Shown in pieces: positions 1 through 8,715 of a stretch of 64,000 nt of DNA (its first letter is position 1; each line of letters begins with the position of its first letter). The notes beneath the pieces were generated by a model. That model ran no database searches. It was given only the letters and a program-made list of their open reading frames with translations, and was not told the DNA's origin. This DNA comes from an uncultured Desulfobacula sp. Lineage in GTDB: Bacteria > Desulfobacterota > Desulfobacteria > Desulfobacterales > Desulfobacteraceae. Made by a program: the position numbers and the translations under genes. The stretch lies in assembly GCA_964343845.1 (NCBI GenBank), contig CAYFKW010000016.1:19718-83717 (forward strand). The letters run 5' to 3'.

Positions 1-378
1 TTTATACTGATACCCGACAACGTCGTACCATCTGTTATTCAATGATAAATACTGCTGTGTTCTGAATTCTTTTCCGTTTTGTGCAACATCAGCATATTTT
101 TCAATCCAGTCAAAAGGATCGTTTTCAATTCCTGGAAAAGCTTCAGTTACCCGTTTGCCAACAGGGTTTACACCGGTTAGTTTTTGGAAGTTTTTGTTTG
201 CATCCAAAAAAAGATAGTCAATTGGTTTTCCTGAGTCATCATACACCATTTTATGATAGGCAACACCTATGGGCCCTTTTTCAAAAAGGGCTTTAAAGTT
301 TTGTTCACTCTCCTGCAGTTGAATCTCTAGTGTTTCAATTCTTTTTTCTAATTCTTCGTAACTGGGTTTTGTCAGCAT
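1..378 (-). CDS. PAS-domain sensor protein, N-terminal part (runs off the left edge)
   Basis: Not in the ORF track; translated by hand. ATG at 378 after GAGGG, open to position 1: MLTKPSYEELEKRIETLE...FKALFEKGPIGVAYHKMVYDDSGKPIDYLFLDANKNFQKLTG...WYDVVGYQYK. Coiled-coil leader plus PAS-like fold. Confidence 0.8.
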   Translation of the reverse strand, partial: MLTKPSYEELEKRIETLEIQLQESEQNFKALFEKGPIGVAYHKMVYDDSGKPIDYLFLDANKNFQKLTGVNPVGKRVTEAFPGIENDPFDWIEKYADVAQNGKEFRTQQYLSLNNRWYDVVGYQYK

Positions 379-745
379 AAGCCCTCAATATCTGTTGTAT
401 TCTTTAAGTTCAATATGTCAGTTAATTTTTATGGGACAGTTATAATTAAAATAATTTTGTGAAATTTCACGTTGCCTTAAGATTAATGGAAAAGTAAATT
501 TTTGCTGCGCTAGGTCTTAATATAATAAGCCAAAACTGGGAAATTATCAAAAGCTTTTTAAAAAGGTGCCGAAAATTCTGATTAAAATATCTGCGGGGTT
601 TTGAGCGGTTTTTTTGTTGAAAGGCAGTTTTAAGGCCGGGTTAAATCTTTTCTTCAACATTGGGGTTTACTCCTTGACAAAAATCTAATACGGTTGATTC
701 CTAAAAGGTATTTTTAAATGAAAGATTTTCACTGATATACGTTGG

Positions 746-3046
746 TTGACAGGTATGATCACTCATTTGATAAAGAAAACCTACAATAAGTTTAAATCCT
801 TTGAAATTCGATATAAATTCATCATCATTTTTTCTATTATTTTTTTCATGGCAATGCTGTTGTGCAGCCTGTTTATCTATATTTTTGTTAAAAATAATAT
901 TGAAGAAAATATTGAAAACGAACTTAACAATACAACCCATATGATCCTCAATATGGTTAAAACATCTGCAACGGTTTCTATTAAAAACCATTTGCGGGCA
1001 ATTGCAGAAAAGAATAAAGAAATTGTTCGAAGTCTTTTTCAATTGACACTGGAAGGAAAAATGACTGTTGCAGAGGCGAAAAAGCAAAGTGCAACCATTA
1101 TTTTAAGCCAGACCATTGGAATATCGGGATATGTGTATTGTCTGGACAGTGCAGGAACGGTGGTTGTCCATCCCCAATCAGGTCTTATCAATTCAAATAT
1201 TGAGCATTACAGGTTTGTCTCCCGGCAAATAGAGTCCAAAGAGGGTTATATTGAATACGAATGGAAAGACCCTGTAGAATCCAAAGAAGGGTACCTTGAA
1301 TATGAATGGAAAAATCCAGGAGAAGAAAAGCGTCTTCCCAAAGCCCTTTACATGACTTATTTTGAACCCTGGGACTGGATTATCTCTGCCAGCAGTTATC
1401 GGAATGAATTTGACAAGCTCATCAATGTGGAAGATTTTCGTAAAAGCATTCTATCGCTGAAATTTGGAGAAACAGGGTATTCTTATGTCATCGACAGCGC
1501 AGGCAACGCAGTCATCCACCCAAAACTTCAAGGTGTTAATATTCTGGATGATAAAGAACTGCCCAATCAATTTCTCAAAGATATGCTTGAAAGAAAAAAG
1601 GGAAAAATTACATACTTCTGGAAAAACCCGGATGAATCCAACCCCAGGAAAAAATTAGTCATGTTTAATTTTATCCCTGAATATCAATGGATCGTTGCAT
1701 CTTCCTGTTATTTTGATGAGATTTACAGCCCGCTTAAGACGGTTCGTAATTTTATCATAGGTGTGTCGGTTGCATTTCTTATTTTAATGCTGTCTCTTAC
1801 GGTAAAAATAAGTTCATCAATTACCAATCCGCTCCATGAGATGATGCGTCGGTTTGAGAGTGCTTCTCTTGGTGATTTTACGACCAGAATGAAAAGTGAA
1901 TCCCATGATCATGATGAAGTAGGGCAGCTGGCGCTTTATTTCAATCGGTTCATGGATCAACTTGAAACTTACAACAAAAAACTGCAGACCCAGATACAGG
2001 AACGCGTTGATGCACAGGAAGCACAGAGAGAAAGCCAGGAAAGATATTTTCTGTTAATGGAATCTGCACCAGATCCGATTGTTACCTATGATATTGAAGG
2101 AAACGTTGTCTACGTAAACCCTGCGTTTACCAAAGTATTCGGATGGACATCAGAAGAGTGTATCACCCACAGGCTGGACCACTTTGTACCTGAAGAAAAC
2201 TGGATTGAAACAAAAGCCGGGCTGTATAAACTTCTTTCAGGTGAAGCAGTGAACAATATCGAGACACAAAGATTTTCAAAACAGGGCGATATTGTCTATG
2301 TCAGTATCAGCGGCGCCCCGACAAGAGACAGAAACGGGCATCTGTCCGGAACGATTATCGTGCTCAGAGATATTACCAAATCCAAATTACTTGAAAAGCA
2401 ATTGATGAAAGTCGGCGATAAAGAGCGTCAGGAAATCGGACAGAATTTACATGATGATTTATGCCCGCATTTAATAGGAATTGCCGGATTGGTAACCGTG
2501 TTAAAGGATGCACTGGATAATGAAAACCAGGAGAGCATAGATCTTGCAGATAAAATAGTTCATTTGATTGACGATGCCATCGGTAAAACACGAATTCTGG
2601 CAAGGGGTTTATGCCCGGTTCATTTTGTGTCTCATGGGCTCAGTGCTGCATTGGAAGAATTGGTGCATTATTTTGATTATATCCGCGAACTTGAGTTTCA
2701 CGTTAGTGTAGATGGATCCATAGAGTTTCATGATAATACCATTGCAACCCATTTATATTATATTGCACGGGAGGCTGTATACAATGCTGTAAAACATTCT
2801 GGTGCAGGCATGATAAGGCTTTTCCTTCAAAAAGAGGCAGACGGCTTTATTCACTTAAGCATTCAAGACAATGGAAAAGGTATGGATACAGCTATGAGAT
2901 CAAGAGGGATAGGGTTGCAGATTATGGCATATCGTGCAAAGATTATTGACAGCCGGTTTGAAATTAATACGGATAAAAGTGGGTCAAGTATTGATATATT
3001 TTTAAGAAATCCATTTTCAATTGATAAGAAAGTGTCTTTAGTTTAA
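746..3046 (+). CDS. Cache-HAMP-PAS sensor histidine kinase (HisKA_3/NarX-UhpB type)
   Basis: Two TM segments flank Cache-like repeats (GYVYCLD, GYSYVID, YFWKNP). HAMP and PAS follow, then H-box ERQEIGQNLHDDLCPHL and ATPase motifs EAVYNAVKHS and DNGKG. Start may be ATG 755. Confidence 0.9.
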   Translation: MTGMITHLIKKTYNKFKSFEIRYKFIIIFSIIFFMAMLLCSLFIYIFVKNNIEENIENELNNTTHMILNMVKTSATVSIKNHLRAIAEKNKEIVRSLFQLTLEGKMTVAEAKKQSATIILSQTIGISGYVYCLDSAGTVVVHPQSGLINSNIEHYRFVSRQIESKEGYIEYEWKDPVESKEGYLEYEWKNPGEEKRLPKALYMTYFEPWDWIISASSYRNEFDKLINVEDFRKSILSLKFGETGYSYVIDSAGNAVIHPKLQGVNILDDKELPNQFLKDMLERKKGKITYFWKNPDESNPRKKLVMFNFIPEYQWIVASSCYFDEIYSPLKTVRNFIIGVSVAFLILMLSLTVKISSSITNPLHEMMRRFESASLGDFTTRMKSESHDHDEVGQLALYFNRFMDQLETYNKKLQTQIQERVDAQEAQRESQERYFLLMESAPDPIVTYDIEGNVVYVNPAFTKVFGWTSEECITHRLDHFVPEENWIETKAGLYKLLSGEAVNNIETQRFSKQGDIVYVSISGAPTRDRNGHLSGTIIVLRDITKSKLLEKQLMKVGDKERQEIGQNLHDDLCPHLIGIAGLVTVLKDALDNENQESIDLADKIVHLIDDAIGKTRILARGLCPVHFVSHGLSAALEELVHYFDYIRELEFHVSVDGSIEFHDNTIATHLYYIAREAVYNAVKHSGAGMIRLFLQKEADGFIHLSIQDNGKGMDTAMRSRGIGLQIMAYRAKIIDSRFEINTDKSGSSIDIFLRNPFSIDKKVSLV
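1232..1321 (+). repeat. In-frame 45-bp tandem duplication inside the Cache domain
   Basis: 1232-1276 encodes ESKEGYIEYEWKDPV and 1277-1321 encodes ESKEGYLEYEWKNPG. Confidence 0.9.
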
Positions 3047-3714
3047 TGAATAAACCTTTAAATAAACTCCATAAAATTTTAATTGTTGATGATCACCCTA
3101 TTTTTTGTCTTGGCATGGCAGAGTTAATTAACAAGGAACCTGACCTTATTGTCTGCGGCAGTGAAAGTACGGCAGCAGATGCCTGGGCAGCAATAAAAAA
3201 ACACAATCCAGATCTTGTCATTGTCGATATATCCTTAAAAGAGAGCAACGGGATAGATCTTGTGGAAGAAATTAAACAAGAGGACCCTGATTTACCGGTA
3301 TTGGTATTGTCTATGTATGATGAATCGTTATATGCTGAAAGAGCCCTGATGTCAGGAGCACGTGGCTATATCATGAAGGAAAAGGCAATCGGTCAGGTTG
3401 TCCAGGCTTTACGGAAAGTGTTATCCGGCGGTGTCTATGCAAGTCAGAAGATTAAGGACAAAGTATTTAACCGGCTGGTATCTTCGGGCAAACCACATGA
3501 TTCGTCTTCACTGGACAAACTGACAAACAGAGAATTAGAAGTATTCCGGCTTATTGGGGATGGCCTGGAATCCAAAGAAATTGCAAAACGACTTAATTTA
3601 AGTATTAAAACAGTGGGAACACATCGAGAGAATATTAAAGAAAAATTTAATTTAAAACACTATACTGAGCTTGTAAAATTTGCAGTTCACTGGTCTCAGA
3701 AAATTAGAAAATGA
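3046..3714 (+). CDS. NarL/FixJ-family response regulator (REC + LuxR HTH)
   Basis: IVDDHP, phospho-acceptor VIVDISL, C-terminal LTNRELEVFRLIGDG...LSIKTVGTHRENIKEK. Start overlaps the kinase stop (TAATG). Confidence 0.95.
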   Translation: MNKPLNKLHKILIVDDHPIFCLGMAELINKEPDLIVCGSESTAADAWAAIKKHNPDLVIVDISLKESNGIDLVEEIKQEDPDLPVLVLSMYDESLYAERALMSGARGYIMKEKAIGQVVQALRKVLSGGVYASQKIKDKVFNRLVSSGKPHDSSSLDKLTNRELEVFRLIGDGLESKEIAKRLNLSIKTVGTHRENIKEKFNLKHYTELVKFAVHWSQKIRK

Positions 3715-3742
3715 AACATTAAAAATTCGGCCCAAAGTAGTT

Positions 3743-3761
3743 TCTAGGTTCAGAACCTAGA
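3743..3761. promoter_or_regulatory. Perfect 19-bp palindrome TCTAGGTTC-A-GAACCTAGA, candidate transcription-factor site
   Basis: Read directly from sequence. Lies between the response regulator and the next gene; no U-tract follows. Confidence 0.45.
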
Positions 3762-3899
3762 TCCCCTCAGATCATCACCCTTATGAATACCCGGTATCAG
3801 CCGATTGTATCAGCGTCGCCTCATTGCTACAACATAATAAATGTACAGGTAGGCAAAAGGGTTAGTTGTTCTGTTTTAATTTTAAAAGGGGGGGCAGCC

Positions 3900-4424
3900 A
3901 TGAAACAAACAATCAATAATATCCTATACGATACAGACATCTCAACTCTAATGGTAAGCACAAATGCGGCCACGCTGAATGGTACGGTTTCTATTAATCT
4001 TTTTCGTACAACAAATGGTAACTGGTTCCAGACGGTCGGTCCGTCAACGGGTGCCACAGGGCAGTTACTGGAAACATCTGAGAATCGACTATTAAAGATC
4101 GCAAAAAAATGGCTGGAAAACAATAGAGAGGATTGTGTGAACCTGAGTGCTGAAAAGGCGAGACTCTGGTTAGAGAAACACGGTTTCTCAGAACAAATCA
4201 ATTACTACTTTAAAATGAATAATATCGAGTATCAGTTTAATGAGAAACATCTGGCGGCAGAATGGGAAGACCCTTGTTTCCCATCTGTTCTTGGCGGAAA
4301 ATATATAGAGCGCCTCTATTATGATCCTGATAACGGTTGGATTCTTTATAAAACAAAAGAGTCTGCACTCATACCGATAGACAATGAACAAATCGAAAAT
4401 ATAGAAGAGGTTCCGGTTTCATAA
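3900..4424 (+). CDS. Hypothetical protein with two tandem small domains
   Basis: ATG 3900 follows AAAGGGGGGG and is preferred over the track start 3783. The halves MKQTINNILYDT...LFRTTNGNWF...LSAEKARLWLE and MNNIEY...AEWE...ERLYYDPDNGWILY...LIPID resemble each other. Confidence 0.6.
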   Translation: MKQTINNILYDTDISTLMVSTNAATLNGTVSINLFRTTNGNWFQTVGPSTGATGQLLETSENRLLKIAKKWLENNREDCVNLSAEKARLWLEKHGFSEQINYYFKMNNIEYQFNEKHLAAEWEDPCFPSVLGGKYIERLYYDPDNGWILYKTKESALIPIDNEQIENIEEVPVS

Positions 4425-4427
4425 TTT

Positions 4428-4558
4428 ATAGTGATTGCCGGTAAGGTTTTCGTTTTGTAAAGATGATATATGTTAGATGACTGGCAGGGGCACGGCTGGA
4501 ATTTAATGACATGTATATCCCTGTCAATCATCGGCTGTACAGCAAGATCTTTCTGGCA
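4428..4558 (+). repeat. Dispersed ~130-nt inverted-repeat element, copy A (MITE/REPIN-like)
   Basis: Begins ATAGTGATTGCCGGTAAGGTTTTCGT and ends CAATCATCGGCTGTACAGCAAGATCTTTCTGGCA. Aligns by eye with copies near 24791, 33480 and 50110 (reverse). Confidence 0.75.
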
Positions 4559-4570
4559 GGTGTATCGTAT

Positions 4571-5239
4571 CTATTCAGCCCCGTACTGTTCAAGATAAGC
4601 ATCAATTTTAGCCAGCATTTGATTATCTATGAGCACTTTTCCATTTATTTTCCTGTTGTGAAGGTACTGTTTTATATCTGATATGGTAACAATAGAGTGA
4701 ATGGGAATACCAAGGGTTTGTTCGACTTCTTTTAACGCATTTTTATCTGTTTTGCCTTTCTCCTGACGATTTACACTGATAACAATACCAATGACCATTG
4801 GATTGCTGCAGGATTTAAGGACCTCAAGAGATTCTCTGATTGCCTTGCCCGATGTGATCACATCGTCCACCAGGATCAGTCGGGTGTCAGGTGTAAGGGG
4901 CATTCCCACGACCACACTTTTGTCAGCATAAGTTTTGGCTTCTTTCCGATTAAAGACATACCCTTTATCCATGCCGATATCAGATAAGGCTTGAGCAGCA
5001 GAAATACACAATGGAATGCCTTTGTATGCCGGCCCGTAGATGCCGTCAAACGTATCGGAGAAATGGTCTTGTAATGCTTTGGCGTAAAACATTCCCAGCT
5101 TTTTTATTTTTAGACCTGTATCAAACATGCCGGTGTTAATAAAATAGGGAGCGATTCTACCGCTTTTTAATTCAAATTCACCAAACCGTAATGCATCGCA
5201 TTCAATTAGAAATTCAATAAATTCATCTTTGTAAGTCAT
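4571..5239 (-). CDS. pyrE: Orotate phosphoribosyltransferase
   Basis: FELKSGRIAPYFIN, GPAYKGIP, FNRKEAK and PRPP-binding ILVDDVITSG; clustered with pyrD/pyrK. Confidence 0.95.
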   Translation of the reverse strand: MTYKDEFIEFLIECDALRFGEFELKSGRIAPYFINTGMFDTGLKIKKLGMFYAKALQDHFSDTFDGIYGPAYKGIPLCISAAQALSDIGMDKGYVFNRKEAKTYADKSVVVGMPLTPDTRLILVDDVITSGKAIRESLEVLKSCSNPMVIGIVISVNRQEKGKTDKNALKEVEQTLGIPIHSIVTISDIKQYLHNRKINGKVLIDNQMLAKIDAYLEQYGAE

Positions 5240-5281
5240 ACAGCGTTATTCCTTTGAGCTTTTTTATGTTGTTTTAATCCC

Positions 5282-6097
5282 TTATTTACACCGCCATGAG
5301 AAATACTGCAGCAAATCCACATGTCTGCCTGATTTTAACAAGGCTTTCTTATTAAAATCTTTCATTTCACGAAGCATACCAGAATCAAATACAGGTCCGT
5401 CTGTACAAACCACCTGATCCCCGCAGACACATGCACCGCATATCCCGAATCCGCACCTCATATATCTTTCCAGGGAGACCTGGCAGGGGATTTCGTATTC
5501 CTCACATATATTGAAGACATTGTACATCATGATTTCCGGTCCGCATGCGTAGACCATATCAAATTTTTTGCCGGATTTAATTTGTTTTTCAAGGATGTCG
5601 GTTACAAATCCTTTGTGGCCAAAACTTCCATCATCCGTACAAAACTGCCTTTCAATATCGAATCGGTCTGGATATAAAATAAAGTCTTTGGTCCTTGCTC
5701 CATGAATAAAGGTTGTGCCTTTACCCAACCTTTCCACGAGCGTACCTAAAGGGGCCATTCCACATCCGCCAGCCACAACGCACACAGCCTGATCGGGTCG
5801 AATATTAAAACCGTTTCCAAAAGGGCCCCTGATACCGACAACATCACCTTTTTCCAATGTAACGGCTTTTTTAGAAAAAATGCCTTTGGCTTCAATGGTG
5901 ACTGCAAACCTGTTTTTTGAATGATAGGAAATGGTATAGGGTTTTTCATCAATACCTGGAATCCATACCATGATGAACTGGCCTGGTTTAAACGGCATTT
6001 CATATTCAAAGAACAGGGTAGCAAATTCAGGGCTTTCAACCTGTTTTTTATGAACCCTTAATATCACCGGCTGCCGGTCAGTCGTCTTTTCTGTCAT
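5282..6097 (-). CDS. pyrK: Dihydroorotate dehydrogenase electron-transfer subunit
   Basis: FNR-like motifs KPGQFIMVW, RGPFGNGF, VAGGCGMAP, YACGPEIM and [2Fe-2S] motif RCGFGICGAC...CTDGPVF. Confidence 0.93.
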   Translation of the reverse strand: MTEKTTDRQPVILRVHKKQVESPEFATLFFEYEMPFKPGQFIMVWIPGIDEKPYTISYHSKNRFAVTIEAKGIFSKKAVTLEKGDVVGIRGPFGNGFNIRPDQAVCVVAGGCGMAPLGTLVERLGKGTTFIHGARTKDFILYPDRFDIERQFCTDDGSFGHKGFVTDILEKQIKSGKKFDMVYACGPEIMMYNVFNICEEYEIPCQVSLERYMRCGFGICGACVCGDQVVCTDGPVFDSGMLREMKDFNKKALLKSGRHVDLLQYFSWRCK

Positions 6098-7002
6098 TGT
6101 CCTTCCTTATGGGCGGCACCTTTTATATCTTCCATTCTCAGGTTATGATTTGAAAGCCAGGTATCCATTTCATCAGCCACTTTTTGAAAAACATCAATTC
6201 CTCTATATCGAACCGCACTCCCGATCCCGATGAGACTTGCTCCTGCCATCATCAGTTCGATGGCATCGCTGCCGGTTGTGACACCGCCAAGTCCAATAAT
6301 GGGGATATCAACCGCTTCATAAATGTCATAGACACAGCGGACGGCAACCGGTTTAATCATGGGGCCGGACAGTCCACCTTTTTTAAATGCCAGTACAGGG
6401 CGTTGAGACTCAATGTCAATCACCATTCCAGGTCCGGCCGTATTGATGGCACAGATTGCATCAGCACCAGCATCTTCGCATGTTTTAGCAATTTGTCCAA
6501 TATCCAGGGCCTGGGGAGTTAATTTTGCTATAAGAGGAACATGAATCACCTTTTTGACGGCAGACACAACATCATAGGAGGATTGAGGATTGACGCCGAA
6601 TATCATGCCATGTTTTTCAGAGTTGGGGCAGGAAATATTGATTTCTATATAATCCGGGTGTTTTGAGGACACAAATTCAGCCACCATTTGAAATTCATTA
6701 ATCGAACTTCCATAAATACTTGCAATTAATGGAAATTTTCTTTTTCCAAGCTCATCCCATTCATTTTCCATGTTTAAATACCCAGGGGACGGCAACCCAA
6801 CGGCATTAATCATCCCGTGCCCCAGGTCTATGACAGTGGGGTTTTTGTGACCATCCCTCGGCTCTGGACCAATAGATTTCATTGTAACAAGACCGCAGCC
6901 CTGCGCATATACTCTTTCAAGGATATCCTTGCTGTTCCCTAAAATGCCGGAAGCAAGAACAATTGGATTCTTCAATGTCTTTCCAAGGAACTGAACCGTC
7001 AT
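6094..7002 (-). CDS. pyrD: Dihydroorotate dehydrogenase (family 1B) catalytic subunit
   Basis: LASG, MINAVGL, EINISCPN, AKLTP, AINT, GGLSGPMIKP, IGLGG; overlaps pyrK by 4 nt. Confidence 0.95.
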   Translation of the reverse strand: MTVQFLGKTLKNPIVLASGILGNSKDILERVYAQGCGLVTMKSIGPEPRDGHKNPTVIDLGHGMINAVGLPSPGYLNMENEWDELGKRKFPLIASIYGSSINEFQMVAEFVSSKHPDYIEINISCPNSEKHGMIFGVNPQSSYDVVSAVKKVIHVPLIAKLTPQALDIGQIAKTCEDAGADAICAINTAGPGMVIDIESQRPVLAFKKGGLSGPMIKPVAVRCVYDIYEAVDIPIIGLGGVTTGSDAIELMMAGASLIGIGSAVRYRGIDVFQKVADEMDTWLSNHNLRMEDIKGAAHKEGQ

Positions 7003-7451
7003 GATGCCTATCCGCTTTATTGTAATTTTTTAAAACTCACAATTAGTACCATACTATGACAATTTGAGACAATGAAGTTTTTTTAATTTATTCACAAGGA
7101 ACCGGCCAGACCGTTAGAGACCCTTTTGGCCGTATGGTATTGAATTTATCCTTGTATGGAATGACAACTTTTCCAGAAAATGTATGGTCTGAATCCATCT
7201 GGGAGAACGGGGATGTAAAAATAATAAGCGGGTCAAAATAGATGGCTTTATCTGGATAAAGTATACTTTTAATCCAGCAGGAACAAGGCTGAATTTACCA
7301 TTCTTTGAATCATCTTCAGAATTTGCAGGCATACCGTCGTCAACATTTTATATGTCAAGCGCTTGTTTATTTACAGCAATGCGTTATTATATTTTTAAAG
7401 CCTGGAGCGTTCTAATGAAATGAAAAGCTGTTTAAAAGGATGTTATTAAGC

Positions 7452-7781
7452 ATGAAAAAAGATGGTGGATTGATTAGAAACTGGCAGCTTCATCACCTGA
7501 CCCTGCCGGATATAGAGGGCTTTAAAGAGCAGTTTTTAGCCACCTTCCCTGGCGTTCTGCTTGACCCGGGCCCAATGAAATTCAGTGGAACTGTCATTGA
7601 AGACTCAGCAGGAAGATTTAAACCTGGCTGGCATATAATTTCATCCTATATATGCTCAATTGATCGTGAAAGAGGCGTTATTGAAACTTTGAATACCATT
7701 TACAAGGTTATAGATGAAGGTAACGACAAGCTGCCCGATATGGGCAATCGAATTTTAAATGTAAGATACAAAGGATATTAA
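7452..7781 (+). CDS. Small hypothetical protein
   Basis: AAGGA upstream; start could be 7440. Motif DSAGRFKPGWHIISS...IETLNTIYKV recalls DUF6957-like proteins (from memory, unverified). Confidence 0.6.
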   Translation: MKKDGGLIRNWQLHHLTLPDIEGFKEQFLATFPGVLLDPGPMKFSGTVIEDSAGRFKPGWHIISSYICSIDRERGVIETLNTIYKVIDEGNDKLPDMGNRILNVRYKGY

Positions 7782-7854
7782 TCATCGCCATATCTTCACT
7801 CATCTTTGGAAAATTACTTTCTGACCCTTATCCATAGAGGAGCAATCTTTAGTA

Positions 7855-8703
7855 TTGGAAGAATTTCATGACACATTTCCTAATGGTATAGCGGTTCGAG
7901 GGAAAATTACTACTGATTCCAAGACTATTATTTTGATCCTTCCTGCTTTGGGGTCTCCAGCTAAACTTTATACACATTTTTTTAACGGCATATCAAAAAG
8001 AGGAATAAGTGTTGCTGTCATGAACTTAAGAGGGGATGGACTTTTAGAAAAAGACCAGCTTGTTTCCGAAGGGAACTTTGGTTATGTTGAACTTCTAGAA
8101 GACATAGATACTGTTATCCATTCTTTAATCAGAAGATATCCCGGTAGAAAAATCGTCACAATGGGGCATAGTTTAGGAGGACAGTTAGGATGTCTTTATC
8201 AGTGTCATGATAATTCAAAAACAAGTGCTTCCATTGTCATAGCAGGGGGCAGTGTTGGATATCAATCTTGGAAAGGTGTTGATAAACTGAAAACATATAC
8301 CGCCACTCAATTGTTTGGACTGATCGCAAAGCTGCTTGGGTGGTTTCCCGGAAAGAGAATTGGATTTGGGGGGAACCAGCCTAAAAATGTCATGATTGAC
8401 TGGTCAAGGAATGCACGTACAGGGATGTATCAATTGATAAATGAAAAAATTAAGTATGAAGCAAAAAGCAGAATCGTGACATCACTTTTTTTAGGAATAG
8501 TGATTGAGAATGATTATTTTGCCCCCTATGCCGCTGCAAAAAGCTTGTTTGAAAAATTTCCTTTGAGTGATTCTCAAATTTTTATTATCAATAAAAACAG
8601 GTTTAATAAAATTGTTCCAAACCATTTTCGATGGTTGAAAGAGCCTGACCCTGTGATTGATGTAATGGTTTTATGGCTGGAGAAAAAAGGGTTGAACCGG
8701 TAA
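7855..8703 (+). CDS. Alpha/beta-fold hydrolase
   Basis: Nucleophile elbow GHSLGGQ, LPALG, C-terminal ENDYFAP and NHFRW; TTG start after GAGGAG. Confidence 0.85.
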   Translation: MEEFHDTFPNGIAVRGKITTDSKTIILILPALGSPAKLYTHFFNGISKRGISVAVMNLRGDGLLEKDQLVSEGNFGYVELLEDIDTVIHSLIRRYPGRKIVTMGHSLGGQLGCLYQCHDNSKTSASIVIAGGSVGYQSWKGVDKLKTYTATQLFGLIAKLLGWFPGKRIGFGGNQPKNVMIDWSRNARTGMYQLINEKIKYEAKSRIVTSLFLGIVIENDYFAPYAAAKSLFEKFPLSDSQIFIINKNRFNKIVPNHFRWLKEPDPVIDVMVLWLEKKGLNR

Positions 8704-8715
8704 TAGTTCCTTATC

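Noticed and set aside
7096-7332. Minus-strand ORF 7114-7332 and an overlapping frame (YPDKAIYFDP...WPVPCE) that could join into a frameshifted pseudogene
   Set aside because: No RBS or recognisable domain; joining the frames is arbitrary without a homolog.
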